Positions 9,114 through 18,466 of a DNA stretch of 64,000 bases are shown piece by piece. The translations under genes were made by a program, and so were the position numbers. Where the stretch lies: assembly GCA_943787795.1 (NCBI GenBank), contig CALSNU010000004.1, positions 352,001-416,000 on the forward strand, read 5' to 3'. Numbering within the stretch: position 1 is the stretch's first letter; the number at the start of each line of letters is the position of its first letter. Source of the stretch: an uncultured bacterium (GTDB taxonomy: Bacteria; Planctomycetota; UBA1135; GCA-002686595). The notes under the pieces were generated by a model. The model searched no databases, had not been told where the DNA came from, and worked only from the letters and a program-made list of their open reading frames with translations.

Positions 9114-10329
9114 TCTGATCGAGGATGTCCTCGTACTCCGGCCAGAACGTCTCGATCTGACGGAGCTTCTCGAGCTTGGCGGCCGGGGCCTCGGCCGCCT
9201 GCGCCTCGGTGTAAAGGCGGGCAGCCTCGGACACGTACGTCTCGAGCGCCTCCATGCGGGCGCGGGCGTCTTCGTAGAAGTCCCGACCGTCGAGGACCTC
9301 GCCGTAGAGCGCGATCGCCTCGCCGAAGAGGAAGTCGTGCTCCAGGTCCAGGGCGCGTTGATACAGCAGGTCCACTTGAGTTGAGCTGATCCGGCCTCGA
9401 GTCGCCTCGACCACGTCCGCCTGGAGGACCGTCCGCTCGCCAGCCTCGGAGATGAGGAGTTCGGCCTCATCGAACTCCGAACGGAGCACGAAGGACTCCG
9501 CCTCGCTCAACAGCGCCGCGACCTCTGCCTCCACCCGCATGGCCGCCAGGGCCTCGGCGATGGCCTCGGATCCGGGATCAAGGCGGTACGCCGCGGCGTA
9601 CTCGGCGCGCGCGGCGGCGTAGCGCCGATCCGCGACGAGCAGCTCGGCGTACTCGACCCGCCCTTGGGCCTTCTCCCGCCGCACCTCCGCGATGCGGCGC
9701 CGCGTCCGCTCCGATTCGGCGTCGTAGCGACGCGACTTCTCGAAGCTGTTCTCAGACTCGTTGAGCCGCTGCTCGGTCAGGTCTCGCACGCCGCTGAAGT
9801 AGTAGTCCTTGGCGAGCCCCGCCCGATAGTCCTCCAGCAGCTGGACTCGCGCCAGTCCGGCCGGCGCGAGGGTGTGATCTGGCTCGAACTCCATGGCGCG
9901 CTCGTAGGCGAGACGCGCCGCCTCGAATTGGCCGGTGGCCATGGCGCCACGGGCGACCTCGAACCAAAGGTCCGCTTGCTTGCGCTGAATGAGGCGCCGC
10001 CAAGCTTCCAGCATCGGCTCCCCGGGGAACCGCTCCTCCAGCTCGCTGAGGACGACGAGCGCCTCGTCGTCCTGATCCGCGAAGGACAGGGACCTCACGA
10101 CATCGAGGCCCGAGGCGATCGACACCTCGACGGCTGCCCGGTTCAACTGGTCCTGCAGGGGGCTGTCCGCGGGGATCTGAGCCTGCGCGGCCTCAGCGGC
10201 TCGAGCGGCGGCCTGGTAGTCGCCGCTCCTCGTCAGGATCTGGACCTCGAGCAGGAGCTGCTCGTCGGTCGAATTGGAGCTCGCGCAGGCGCTGAGGAGG
10301 AGGGCCGCGGCGGTGAGGGGACGGGTCAT
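9091..10329 (-). CDS. TPR-repeat lipoprotein
   Basis: Start ATG 10329 gives MTRPLTAAALLLSAC (lipobox LSAC), followed by many TPR-like helical pairs. Confidence 0.75.
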   Translation of the reverse strand: MTRPLTAAALLLSACASSNSTDEQLLLEVQILTRSGDYQAAARAAEAAQAQIPADSPLQDQLNRAAVEVSIASGLDVVRSLSFADQDDEALVVLSELEERFPGEPMLEAWRRLIQRKQADLWFEVARGAMATGQFEAARLAYERAMEFEPDHTLAPAGLARVQLLEDYRAGLAKDYYFSGVRDLTEQRLNESENSFEKSRRYDAESERTRRRIAEVRREKAQGRVEYAELLVADRRYAAARAEYAAAYRLDPGSEAIAEALAAMRVEAEVAALLSEAESFVLRSEFDEAELLISEAGERTVLQADVVEATRGRISSTQVDLLYQRALDLEHDFLFGEAIALYGEVLDGRDFYEDARARMEALETYVSEAARLYTEAQAAEAPAAKLEKLRQIETFWPEYEDILDQIRALDGE

Positions 10330-10427
10330 GTGGGTCCGGGACGAACAGGCCCACCGGATCTTCCCCGGGAGCACAGAAATGGGACCTGAGGGCAAGGCGA
10401 GCCCCCAGGAGCCGGCGCGGGACCGGC

Positions 10428-11600
10428 TTAGCTTCGCAGGGAATCGTAGAGCATGATCCCGAGACTCCCGAAGACCAGAACGGGGATCCATGCCGAGAGC
10501 AGCGGAGATAACTGACCTTTGACCCCCAGCGTGCGGAAGACGAAGTCGGCGGAGTAATAGAACACGCACAGGAGCCCCCCCAGGGCGATCCGGTCCGTAC
10601 TGCGTCCCCGCTCGTAGTTGAACATCAGCGGGATCCCCACCAAGAGGAGCAGCAGGTTCGCCAGCGGAAAGGTCAGGTGGTAGTGCCAGAGGGTCTGGTA
10701 CGAGTTGTCGTCGGGGTCCCGCGCCATGAGCTCCCGGACCTCGGAGAAGGAGAGCTCCAGGGGGGCCTCCTTCGCCCGCCGATAGGTGAGCGCCAGCTCG
10801 GGCGTGAACGCATACCCCTCGAGCGTGTCCACCGCCTCGTCCTGCGAGGCCCCGTCGCCGTCGGGGTCAATGGTCGCTCGCACCCCGCCCTCGAGGTCCC
10901 ACCCCGACCCGTTCCAGATGGCGCGGTCCGCGTCAACGCGGACGTACCGCCCCGAGCCCATCTGACCCGACGTCCGCCGGATCGCGGTGAGCCGCTCGAC
11001 CCGGGGCGGGCTCCCATCAGCCGGACTTGGGACAAACTCATTCAGGAAGACGAGGCTCCCCGAGTCCTCGATCACGGCCACGTCTTCGTAGTGCTCCTCG
11101 AAGCGGTGTTCGACGAGGACGTCCCGCGCCGCGTCCCGGTCCCTGGCGATCCCGAGCCCCACCGCCTCACGCAGGAAGAACATCCCCACCGCGAGCAGGA
11201 GGCCAGCCAGGAAGACCGGCAGCAGCATCCTCCGCGCGCTGATCCCCGCGCCGAGCACGGCCGTCACCTCGCGCGCCTTGAGCAGCTTGGCCACGGTGAA
11301 CATCCCCGCGAGCAGCGTGATGAAGGGCGCGACCTGGAGGAACAGGTAGGGCAGATTCAGCCCGTAGTAGACCGCGAGGACCGAGCCCGGAGCGCTGGAT
11401 CCGTCCTCCCAGCTCTCCAGGTAGTCGTCCAGGTTCGACGCCATGTCGATGACCATGAACAGCCCCGTCATGAGCAGCATGGCCAGCAGGTAAGACCTGA
11501 AGAAGTGGGACGCCACGTACCGGTCGAGCCGACACCCCAGGCGCAACCGGCGCGCGGACATCCGGCTGCGGCCGGCGGGCTTCTTGGGACTCGCGCTCAT
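10428..11600 (-). CDS. lptG: LPS export ABC permease LptG (YjgP/YjgQ family)
   Basis: LDRYVA...F start motif, 3+3 TM layout, EVTAVLGAGIS, PLLSAWIP. Tandem with lptF (4-nt overlap at the 11600 start). Confidence 0.8.
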   Translation of the reverse strand: MSASPKKPAGRSRMSARRLRLGCRLDRYVASHFFRSYLLAMLLMTGLFMVIDMASNLDDYLESWEDGSSAPGSVLAVYYGLNLPYLFLQVAPFITLLAGMFTVAKLLKAREVTAVLGAGISARRMLLPVFLAGLLLAVGMFFLREAVGLGIARDRDAARDVLVEHRFEEHYEDVAVIEDSGSLVFLNEFVPSPADGSPPRVERLTAIRRTSGQMGSGRYVRVDADRAIWNGSGWDLEGGVRATIDPDGDGASQDEAVDTLEGYAFTPELALTYRRAKEAPLELSFSEVRELMARDPDDNSYQTLWHYHLTFPLANLLLLLVGIPLMFNYERGRSTDRIALGGLLCVFYYSADFVFRTLGVKGQLSPLLSAWIPVLVFGSLGIMLYDSLRS

Positions 11601-12673
11601 CGCCGTATGGCCCTCCGTATCAAGGCGACGGCGATCGCGCCGCCGACGATGGTCGTGAGCCACGCGCCCAGCCAAGGCGGGAGATCCGAGGACTGACCGA
11701 GCTCCTTGCCTAGCCGCATGTTCAGCACGTAGTAGAGGATGCCGTAACCCGCCGAGACCGCGAGGGCACCAAGCTGCGTGCCCCTCCGCATGAGGAGTCC
11801 CGTCGAAGCACCGAGCAGCAGGAAGAGGAAGTAGATGGCGAACATGGTCGCGCGGTAGTGGAGCATGAACCGGTACTCCCGCACGCGCTCCGGCTGCACC
11901 TCACCGGTGTCGAGGCGGCGCCTGATCTCCGAAGAGACGAGGTACTTCGCGCGCTGGTAGCTCTGCTCCTTGCGCTCCACGCGCCCCGCAAGGTTGATCT
12001 GTGCCTCGAACTCCTCGGACCGCCGATCCACCTTGCTCTCGGGGTCGAAGAGCTCGAAGTCGTACGCCTTGAAGTGCAGGAAGTCGCCGTCGATCCACAG
12101 GTCGACCGCGCCGGCGAAGGCATCCATGAGGCGTCGCTCGTCCTCATCCTCGTCGAGGTAGCGGATGTAGGCGTTGTAGAACGTCCCGTCCTCCCGGGCC
12201 CCCGCCTTCAGGAGGAAGTCGCCGATCTGGAGGCTCGTGCGACCTGGCTGGAGGTTCTCGACCACGGAGGCCGTGGCGTCGACCATGAAGCGCTTCTGGC
12301 GCTTCTTCAGCTGCGGCAGCTCGTTGGAGACCATCCAGAAGGTAAGGAGCCCCAGGAGGCCCGCCAAGATCGCCGGCGAGACCAGGGTCTTGAGGGGATG
12401 AATGCCCGCCATGTGGATCCCGATCCACTCCTTGTCCGCGGCCAGCCTCCCGAAGACCGCCACCGTGCTCAGCATGAAGCACAGAGGGAGGACGTAGGGG
12501 GCCAGAGACTGCAGCACGATGGGCAGGAACCGGAGCAGGATGCCCGCGTCCACGTTGGGGAGCTTGTGGACGGTGTTCACCGCGATCCCAGGCAACGCGA
12601 CGAAGAGCAGCGCGGCGACGGCGAAGACGAACGCGACGAGGAGCTGCCGGAGGATGTAGGTGTGGAGCTTCAA
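11597..12673 (-). CDS. lptF: LPS export ABC permease LptF (YjgP/YjgQ family)
   Basis: TTG start at 12673 (LKLHTYILRQ), FGRLAADKEWIGIHMAGI, PWLGAWL, 3+3 TM layout. Confidence 0.8.
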   Translation of the reverse strand: MKLHTYILRQLLVAFVFAVAALLFVALPGIAVNTVHKLPNVDAGILLRFLPIVLQSLAPYVLPLCFMLSTVAVFGRLAADKEWIGIHMAGIHPLKTLVSPAILAGLLGLLTFWMVSNELPQLKKRQKRFMVDATASVVENLQPGRTSLQIGDFLLKAGAREDGTFYNAYIRYLDEDEDERRLMDAFAGAVDLWIDGDFLHFKAYDFELFDPESKVDRRSEEFEAQINLAGRVERKEQSYQRAKYLVSSEIRRRLDTGEVQPERVREYRFMLHYRATMFAIYFLFLLLGASTGLLMRRGTQLGALAVSAGYGILYYVLNMRLGKELGQSSDLPPWLGAWLTTIVGGAIAVALIRRAIRR

Positions 12674-12849
12674 GGTCTCGTCCCTGGGTGCCCCCGGACG
12701 GCCTGCGCTGAACCCGGGCGGCGGAGTGTAGCGGGCCGGGCCCCCGAGTTCCCCAGGGACCACGGCTCCACAGGCCCAGTCCCGTAGACTCCAGGGGCTC
12801 CGCGGGCCTGGCCGGCCCCACCGAAGTCCGGTGAGAGCCCCAAGAGCCC

Positions 12850-14184
12850 GTGACCCCAGATCGATCCGACTCCACGCCCGGGTCGCCCCCGACCATGCGC
12901 AGCGAGGACCTGAAGTCAAACTTCAAGCGGACGGTCCGACTCGACCTGGCGGGCGACGGCTCCGCCTCGCTCTCCAAGCACTTCCACGCGCCTGGCCTCG
13001 GGCGGCTGCGCGACGGCTGGCGCGCACGCTCCGAGGCCTCTGCCCTGCGTGAGGCCGCGCGCCGGGGGCTGCCGGTCCCAGAGGTCCTGGCGCTCGAGCG
13101 CAATGGGCCATCCTGGATACTCCGCCTCCGGTGGATTCAAGGTGCCCGCCCCCTGGGAGATCACTTGGCTGCGCTGAAAGGCCTCCGCGAACTGGCGACC
13201 GAGCGATCCGCTCCTCAGACCGTGGCAGGACCCACAGCGACAGGACAGGCCGAGGCCCAGCCGGCGGAACTCACGGCACCGGAGTTCACCCCAGCAGAGT
13301 CCTCCGCCACAGAGTCCTCCGCCACAGAGTCCTCCGCCACAGAGTCCTCCGCCACAGAGTCCTCCGCCACAGAGTCCTCCGCAGCAGCCGCTGCGCCTGT
13401 GGGAGCGAGGGCACCCGGCCCGTGCCCGATCTCCGCCCCTGCGCTGGCTCGATCTGTGGGTCGGCTGCTCGCCATCGTCGAGGCCGCCGGGCTGCGGTAT
13501 CCCGACCCCCACCCGCACAACGTGCTGGTCGATGGGGAGGGCGCCCTGTGGCTCGTTGACCTCGCAAGAACACGGTTCGCTCCCCATACACCGGCCAGCT
13601 TCGAGCGCACCCTGATCCTCGCCTGCGCGCGGCTACGCGACCTCAGCACGCCGGCCTTCAGGGCGCTGGTCTTTCGCGCGTACCTGGGTGCCCGCCCCGC
13701 TCTCCACCGCGCCCCCGACCCCCTGGAGATCGAACGGAGGGCCACGATCCGGCAGCGCCGGGACGTCAACCGAAGGGTGAACGTTTGGCGCCGGAACAGC
13801 TCCGCGACGATCGTCGAGCGGGACCCGGAGCAGGTCGTGAGGGCCCGGCACGTGGGCGACGGGCCCGCTGCCGGCTGGCGCACCGAGCGCGTCAACTGCT
13901 CACGGAGGGAAGCTGACGCGATATGGGCTCACCTCGTGCGGGCCGAGCTGCATCGGCTGCCGAGCGCCCGGCCCCGTCGGTTGGCCCTGGCTCCGCCTTA
14001 CTTCGTTGAGTTTGACGTTCCAGTGGCGAGCGACGCGGTCCTCGGGTCCGCGGCACGCGCGGCCCTCGAGGCACGGCTCGCGGACCGGGGCCTCGAGCTT
14101 GTCGGCTCCCCCCTCTCCACCGATGGCGGCGTCGCGATCATCCCCCCCCTCGGCCACCTCCGGAACAAGAGGCTCCCATCGTGA
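12850..14184 (+). CDS. LPS kinase (Kdo/WaaP)-like protein
   Basis: KHF..RARSE..L....GLPVPEVL N-lobe, YPDPHPHNVL catalytic loop and LVDL. Sits in an LPS gene cluster. Exact start uncertain. Confidence 0.65.
   Translation: MTPDRSDSTPGSPPTMRSEDLKSNFKRTVRLDLAGDGSASLSKHFHAPGLGRLRDGWRARSEASALREAARRGLPVPEVLALERNGPSWILRLRWIQGARPLGDHLAALKGLRELATERSAPQTVAGPTATGQAEAQPAELTAPEFTPAESSATESSATESSATESSATESSATESSAAAAAPVGARAPGPCPISAPALARSVGRLLAIVEAAGLRYPDPHPHNVLVDGEGALWLVDLARTRFAPHTPASFERTLILACARLRDLSTPAFRALVFRAYLGARPALHRAPDPLEIERRATIRQRRDVNRRVNVWRRNSSATIVERDPEQVVRARHVGDGPAAGWRTERVNCSRREADAIWAHLVRAELHRLPSARPRRLALAPPYFVEFDVPVASDAVLGSAARAALEARLADRGLELVGSPLSTDGGVAIIPPLGHLRNKRLPS
13295..13382. repeat. In-frame 15-bp tandem repeat (CAGAGTCCTCCGCCA)x5.9 encoding ESSAT
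   Basis: Five perfect units plus a partial one inside the kinase ORF. Confidence 0.95.
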
Positions 14185-15131
14185 CCTCCGGAGGCCCCAA
14201 CCACCCCGAACCCCTCCGTCGCCGAGCGCGCGCCGCCGGGCTACGCGCGCTGGCTCGCGCCGCGGGCGCAGCGCCCCCGTCGGTCGTTCAGGCATGCCTG
14301 GGCCAGGTGGCGCCCCTCGCCCTGCGCCGAAGGCAGCACGAGGCGGTGGATCAAAACCTCACCGCAGCCGCCGCGTGGCTGGACGGGCTGGAGCCAGGAC
14401 TGGGCCGTCGGCTCGCCAGCGATCCAGCGTCCCTGACGCGCCAATGTGGGCGCTTTGCTGCGGAGCAATTCGCCCACTGGATTCGCCTGGCCCGAGGGGC
14501 CGGACCCGGGGACCCACGAGGCGAGTGGGTCGATGAGCTCGTCCACCTTGACGAGTCCATCGAGATCCTCGACCGCACCCTCGCCGGGGGACGTGGCGCG
14601 ATCATCGTGACCGCCCACCTGGGCGATTGGGAGCTCCTGTGCGCGCGGCTTCGCCGCCGAGGCCACGAAGGAGCTGTGGTCGGGAGGGTCCGCCGGCGAG
14701 ACTCCAGTCACCGCTGGCTCGTGGACATGCGCCGGGCGTACGGGGTCGAGACGATCCCCCAGGACGCCGGGGCCAGAGAAGCCCTGGGCGTCCTCAAGCG
14801 CGGCGGGGTCCTCGGGCTCTTGACCGACCTGCACGTCCCGCGCCTCGACAATCGCCAGGTCCCCTTCCTCGGCGCCCCCGCCCCCACGATGACGGCGCCT
14901 GCGAGCTTCGCCCGAGCCTGGCGGGCCCCCCTCGTTCCGGTGCGTTGCGTTCGAACCGGCAGCCGCTACGCCCTCTCGGTCGAAGAGCCGCTGGAGCTCC
15001 GAAGAGACCTCGGTCGAAAGGACGCCGAGCTGGACCTGCTCCGCCGACAGAACGAAGTCTTCGGTCGGTGGATTGCCGCGACGCCTGAGCAGTGGGCGTG
15101 GTACCTACCGCGCTTCTCCGCTCCCGGTTGA
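14181..15131 (+). CDS. Lipid A biosynthesis acyltransferase (LpxL/HtrB family)
   Basis: GRGAIIVTAHLGDWEL, LGLLTD, VPFLG, PEQWAW. GTGA overlap with the upstream kinase gene. Confidence 0.85.
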   Translation: MTSGGPNHPEPLRRRARAAGLRALARAAGAAPPSVVQACLGQVAPLALRRRQHEAVDQNLTAAAAWLDGLEPGLGRRLASDPASLTRQCGRFAAEQFAHWIRLARGAGPGDPRGEWVDELVHLDESIEILDRTLAGGRGAIIVTAHLGDWELLCARLRRRGHEGAVVGRVRRRDSSHRWLVDMRRAYGVETIPQDAGAREALGVLKRGGVLGLLTDLHVPRLDNRQVPFLGAPAPTMTAPASFARAWRAPLVPVRCVRTGSRYALSVEEPLELRRDLGRKDAELDLLRRQNEVFGRWIAATPEQWAWYLPRFSAPG

Positions 15132-15575
15132 TCAGCAGCTCCGCTCGTCCACCGGCGGACGTGTATCCCGCTCCGGCCCCGAGCCGAGGGTGATTCGGCC
15201 CAGGTGCTTGATATTGCCGCAGGCGTCGGATGCGCCGGGGATGAAGAGCCTGAATGGCCCACCGCGCGCCTCGACCAGCAGCCCCTCAGCGTCCGCATGC
15301 ACGACGATCGCGGACTCGAGATCGCCGAGCTTGAGGCTCGCCGCGAAGGCGCCGTCCATCGACTCGAGACACGCCCAGCCTGCGCTGCGGCCCGGGTGCG
15401 CCTCTCCCACCAGCCAGCGCAGGAAGACGCCCCGGCCTTGCCGGCCCGGGACGAGCTCCGAGAGGTCATCCACGCGCGCGCTCGCTGGCGCTCGGTCCAG
15501 GTCTGCCTGCTCCCAGCGATGCCGACCGCTCGGCCCCACGTCCCCGAAGATCTGAAGCTCGTCCATGCCCCCCAT
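15132..15575 (-). CDS. Small molybdopterin-oxidoreductase (sulfite-oxidase Moco-binding)-like domain protein
   Basis: LQIFGDV...DL, GVFLRWL, DG.FAASL, AIVVH...L...RGGPFRLFIPG...NIKHLGRITL follow the Oxidored_molyb pattern. Confidence 0.6.
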   Translation of the reverse strand: MGGMDELQIFGDVGPSGRHRWEQADLDRAPASARVDDLSELVPGRQGRGVFLRWLVGEAHPGRSAGWACLESMDGAFAASLKLGDLESAIVVHADAEGLLVEARGGPFRLFIPGASDACGNIKHLGRITLGSGPERDTRPPVDERSC

Positions 15576-15594
15576 GGTAGGGCGGCGATCAGGC

Positions 15595-16023
15595 TCACGC
15601 AGGACCGACCAGGCGCCGCGCGGCCTCGGCCAGATAGAGGGTCAGCCCGGGGACATGCTCCCAGAGGACCGCCACCCGCGACCCCGCACCCAGCGGCTCA
15701 ATGCCGATCCGAACCGATCGATCGTCGACCTCAAGCACGGCGTGCGGAACCGCCACGAGCTCGCGGCTCGACCACTCGGCGATCAACTCCCGGCGGGTCT
15801 CGTGGTCAGAGTATTGGAGCGCGACCTTGAGGATCTCGGAGAGCCGGTGCGCAATCACCGGCGTCAGGGCGACCTGAACGGGCATCTCGTCGAGAGCTCC
15901 GCACGCGACCGAGCCCGTGGTGAGGAAGACCAGGCCCCCCGTCTCCCCGATCACGGCGTCGGTGGCGACCCGGTGCGGGAACGCCTCGACGAGGGCGAGC
16001 GACCTGTTGGGCTGGGTATCCAT
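15595..16023 (-). CDS. Hypothetical protein
   Basis: 142-aa ATG-start ORF with globular composition, 19 bp upstream of the Moco-domain gene on the same strand. No motif recognised. Confidence 0.55.
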   Translation of the reverse strand: MDTQPNRSLALVEAFPHRVATDAVIGETGGLVFLTTGSVACGALDEMPVQVALTPVIAHRLSEILKVALQYSDHETRRELIAEWSSRELVAVPHAVLEVDDRSVRIGIEPLGAGSRVAVLWEHVPGLTLYLAEAARRLVGPA

Positions 16024-16239
16024 ACCCGTTAGAGATCGGCTCTCGGAGCCTCCGGACTTAGCTCACAGACGCACGGACCGCCCCCTCGCCTCGGATCGAG
16101 ACTCCCTGCCGCTTTGCCCGCGGCGGACAGGCCCCTGGGCACGTCCAGCTTCGCGAGCGACGGAGATTAATCCGGTCGCGGGCTTGACGACCATTGGGCG
16201 GTAGCGCCAAGTCAGTGCGTTCCTTTTACAAATTCAGCC

Positions 16240-16514
16240 AAGGCAGCGGTGCTCCTCCAGCAAGGAGGAGTGAAACGGGAAGTACGGCGGACCCCTCCAG
16301 GGTCCATGACCGACGCGGCCCCCGCCACTGTAGACACGCCTCGGCCATCGCGATGAACCACTGACCCTGAGCGCTCCGCGCTCACCAAGGGATCGGGAAG
16401 GTGCGACGGCCACGGACGCCCTGCGTTCCCCTCCCGGGGGACCCAGGAAACCCTGACGTGCCAGCCAGGAGACCGGCCACTGCCTTCCATTGATCGTGCT
16501 TCGGAGGGAAGTAT
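16240..16514 (+). ncRNA. Cobalamin (AdoCbl-type) riboswitch
   Basis: Closing helix AAGGCAG/CTGCCTT, GGTG..hairpin..TGAAACGGGAA, GCGGCCCCCGCCACTGT, ACCACTG...GGGAAGG, B12 box AGCCAGGAGACCGGCC. RBS hairpin GTGCTTC-GGAGG-GAAGTAT. Lies upstream of a BtuCDF-like importer. Confidence 0.93.
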
Positions 16515-16710
16515 GTCCATCAGTCGCCTTATACCCATCGGAGCGCTTCCAAGAGGCAGCTCCCCCCAGGGGCATCAGTGCCCCCATCGCGCCCCGGCGC
16601 CAGCTTCTCCAGCGGGATCTTCCCGCCCGTCTCTCACGCCCGAGGCCGCGCCCCCGCCCGCGCTGCCCCACGGTCGAAGAGGCTCACGGAGCAAGCTGAG
16701 GTCTCAGTGA
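16513..16710 (+). CDS. Putative 65-aa Pro/Ser/Arg-rich leader ORF
   Basis: ATG directly after the GGAGGG SD in the riboswitch RBS hairpin. Its TGA overlaps the GTG of the permease (GTGA). Confidence 0.5.
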   Translation: MSISRLIPIGALPRGSSPQGHQCPHRAPAPASPAGSSRPSLTPEAAPPPALPHGRRGSRSKLRSQ

Positions 16711-17696
16711 GCCGCCTGAAGGCCACCTGGATCGTCCTGGTCCTCGCGCTCGGTGTCGCCGTCGCGCTCTCGTTTGTCGTCGGTGAGGGAGACCTCTCCA
16801 ACGATGCGCTGAGGAGCACGTTGCTGCGGCTGCGTGCGTGGAGAGTCGCAAACACCCTGTTGGCCGGGGCCGCCCTCGCCGGCGCGGGTGTGCTCGTACA
16901 GGGCTTGTTCCGCAACCCCCTCGCCAGCCCGTCCATCCTGGGAACCAGCGCCGGCGCGACCCTGGGAGGGGTGCTCGTCCTCGTCCTCTGGAACGCCCTC
17001 CTGGCCGCTCGCCTCGACTGGGTCCCGCCCGAGCTCATCCTCCCCGTGGGCTGCCTCGTTGGCGCCTGGGTCTCCCTCTCGATCCTGCTCGCGGTGACCG
17101 GACGGGGCGCCAGCATCGTCACGGTCCTGCTGACAGGGTTCATCCTCTCCAGCCTGTTCCTCAGCCTCGGGAGCCTGCTCATGAGCCTGGCCCAAAACAC
17201 GTGGGAGATGGGCCGCGCGGTGGTCGCCTTCACCCTCGGCGGCGTCGACGCAAAGGGCCCGAGGCACGCCGCCCTCGCGCTCCCGCTCGTCGCGGTCACC
17301 TCCTTCGTCGCCATGGGCTGGAGCCGCCACCTCGACCTGCTCCTCTCCGGTGAGGAGGAGGCCCAGTCCCTCGGCGTCGACGTCAACGCCGCGCGGCGCT
17401 GGGTCATCGTCTGGGCCTCCACCCTCACCGCCGCCGCCGTCGCCATCGGCGGCAACGTGGCCTTCGTCGGGCTCGTGGTCCCCCACGCCCTCCGCCCATT
17501 CACAGGACCCGAGCACCGGGTCCTCATTCCCGCCTCGCTGGTTGGCGGAGCCGCGTTCCTGACCGCGGCCGACGTGCTCACGCGCGTCCTCCCCACCGAG
17601 GGGACGATTCCGCTCGGCGTGGTGACCGGCCTCGTCGGGGCGCCGCTCTTCCTCATCCTCCTCGCCCGCGCCAGCCGCGAGGGGAGGATCGCGTGA
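16707..17696 (+). CDS. btuC: Cobalamin/iron-chelate ABC permease (FecCD/BtuC family)
   Basis: QGLFRNPLASPSILGTSAGA, GEEEAQSLGVDV, FVGLVVPH, IPLGVVTGLVGAPLF. B12 specificity inferred from the riboswitch. Confidence 0.85.
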   Translation: MSRLKATWIVLVLALGVAVALSFVVGEGDLSNDALRSTLLRLRAWRVANTLLAGAALAGAGVLVQGLFRNPLASPSILGTSAGATLGGVLVLVLWNALLAARLDWVPPELILPVGCLVGAWVSLSILLAVTGRGASIVTVLLTGFILSSLFLSLGSLLMSLAQNTWEMGRAVVAFTLGGVDAKGPRHAALALPLVAVTSFVAMGWSRHLDLLLSGEEEAQSLGVDVNAARRWVIVWASTLTAAAVAIGGNVAFVGLVVPHALRPFTGPEHRVLIPASLVGGAAFLTAADVLTRVLPTEGTIPLGVVTGLVGAPLFLILLARASREGRIA

Positions 17697-18466
17697 GCGA
17701 AGGTCTTCAGGTACGTGGCCTCTGGGCCAGCTATCGGCGCGGTCCGGACGTGGTCCGTGGGATCGACCTCGACGCAGCGCGTGGTTCGATCACCGCGCTC
17801 CTCGGGCCCAACGGGTCCGGCAAGAGCACGCTGCTCAAGGCGGTGGTTGGCCTCGTCGAGTCCCGGGGCGAGGTGTCCCTCGACGGCGAAGATCTCCGCT
17901 CGATCGCCCCCGAGCAACGCGCCCAGCGCGTCGCCTACGTGCCCCAGCGTTCACTGCTCACCGCACCGCTCCTCGTCCATGCGGTCGTCGCGCAGGGCCG
18001 CTTCTCCCACCGCCGGGCGCTCGGGCGCCTCGGCATCGAAGACCGCGAGATCGTGGACCGCGCCCTCGAGGATGCCGATATCACTCACCTGGCGTGTCGT
18101 CCGTTCACGGAGCTCTCAGGAGGCGAGCAGCAGCGCGTCCTGCTCGCGCGGGCGCTCGCGACGGGCGCAGGCGTCCTGCTGATGGATGAGCCCACGAGCG
18201 CCCAGGATGTGCGGCACGCCCTCGAGCTGCACGCGATCCTGAGGCGCCTCAGGGAGCGCGGCGCCGCCATCCTCGTCTGCCTCCACGACCTCTCCGAGGT
18301 GCGCGCCATCGCTGACCGCGCGGTCCTGCTCGAGTGCGGCGCGGTCCACGCGGACGGCCCCACGGACCAGATCGTCCATGACCGTCACATCACGCCCGTG
18401 TACGGCGTCGAGCTGATCGAGGGCGGCGGCCTCGGATTCAGGTTGGCGCAGGGAGGAGAGACCTAG
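17693..18466 (+). CDS. btuD: ABC ATPase (BtuD/FepC family)
   Basis: GPNGSGKST Walker A, LSGGEQQRV signature, LLMDEPT Walker B, LHDL. Confidence 0.85.
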   Translation: MSEGLQVRGLWASYRRGPDVVRGIDLDAARGSITALLGPNGSGKSTLLKAVVGLVESRGEVSLDGEDLRSIAPEQRAQRVAYVPQRSLLTAPLLVHAVVAQGRFSHRRALGRLGIEDREIVDRALEDADITHLACRPFTELSGGEQQRVLLARALATGAGVLLMDEPTSAQDVRHALELHAILRRLRERGAAILVCLHDLSEVRAIADRAVLLECGAVHADGPTDQIVHDRHITPVYGVELIEGGGLGFRLAQGGET

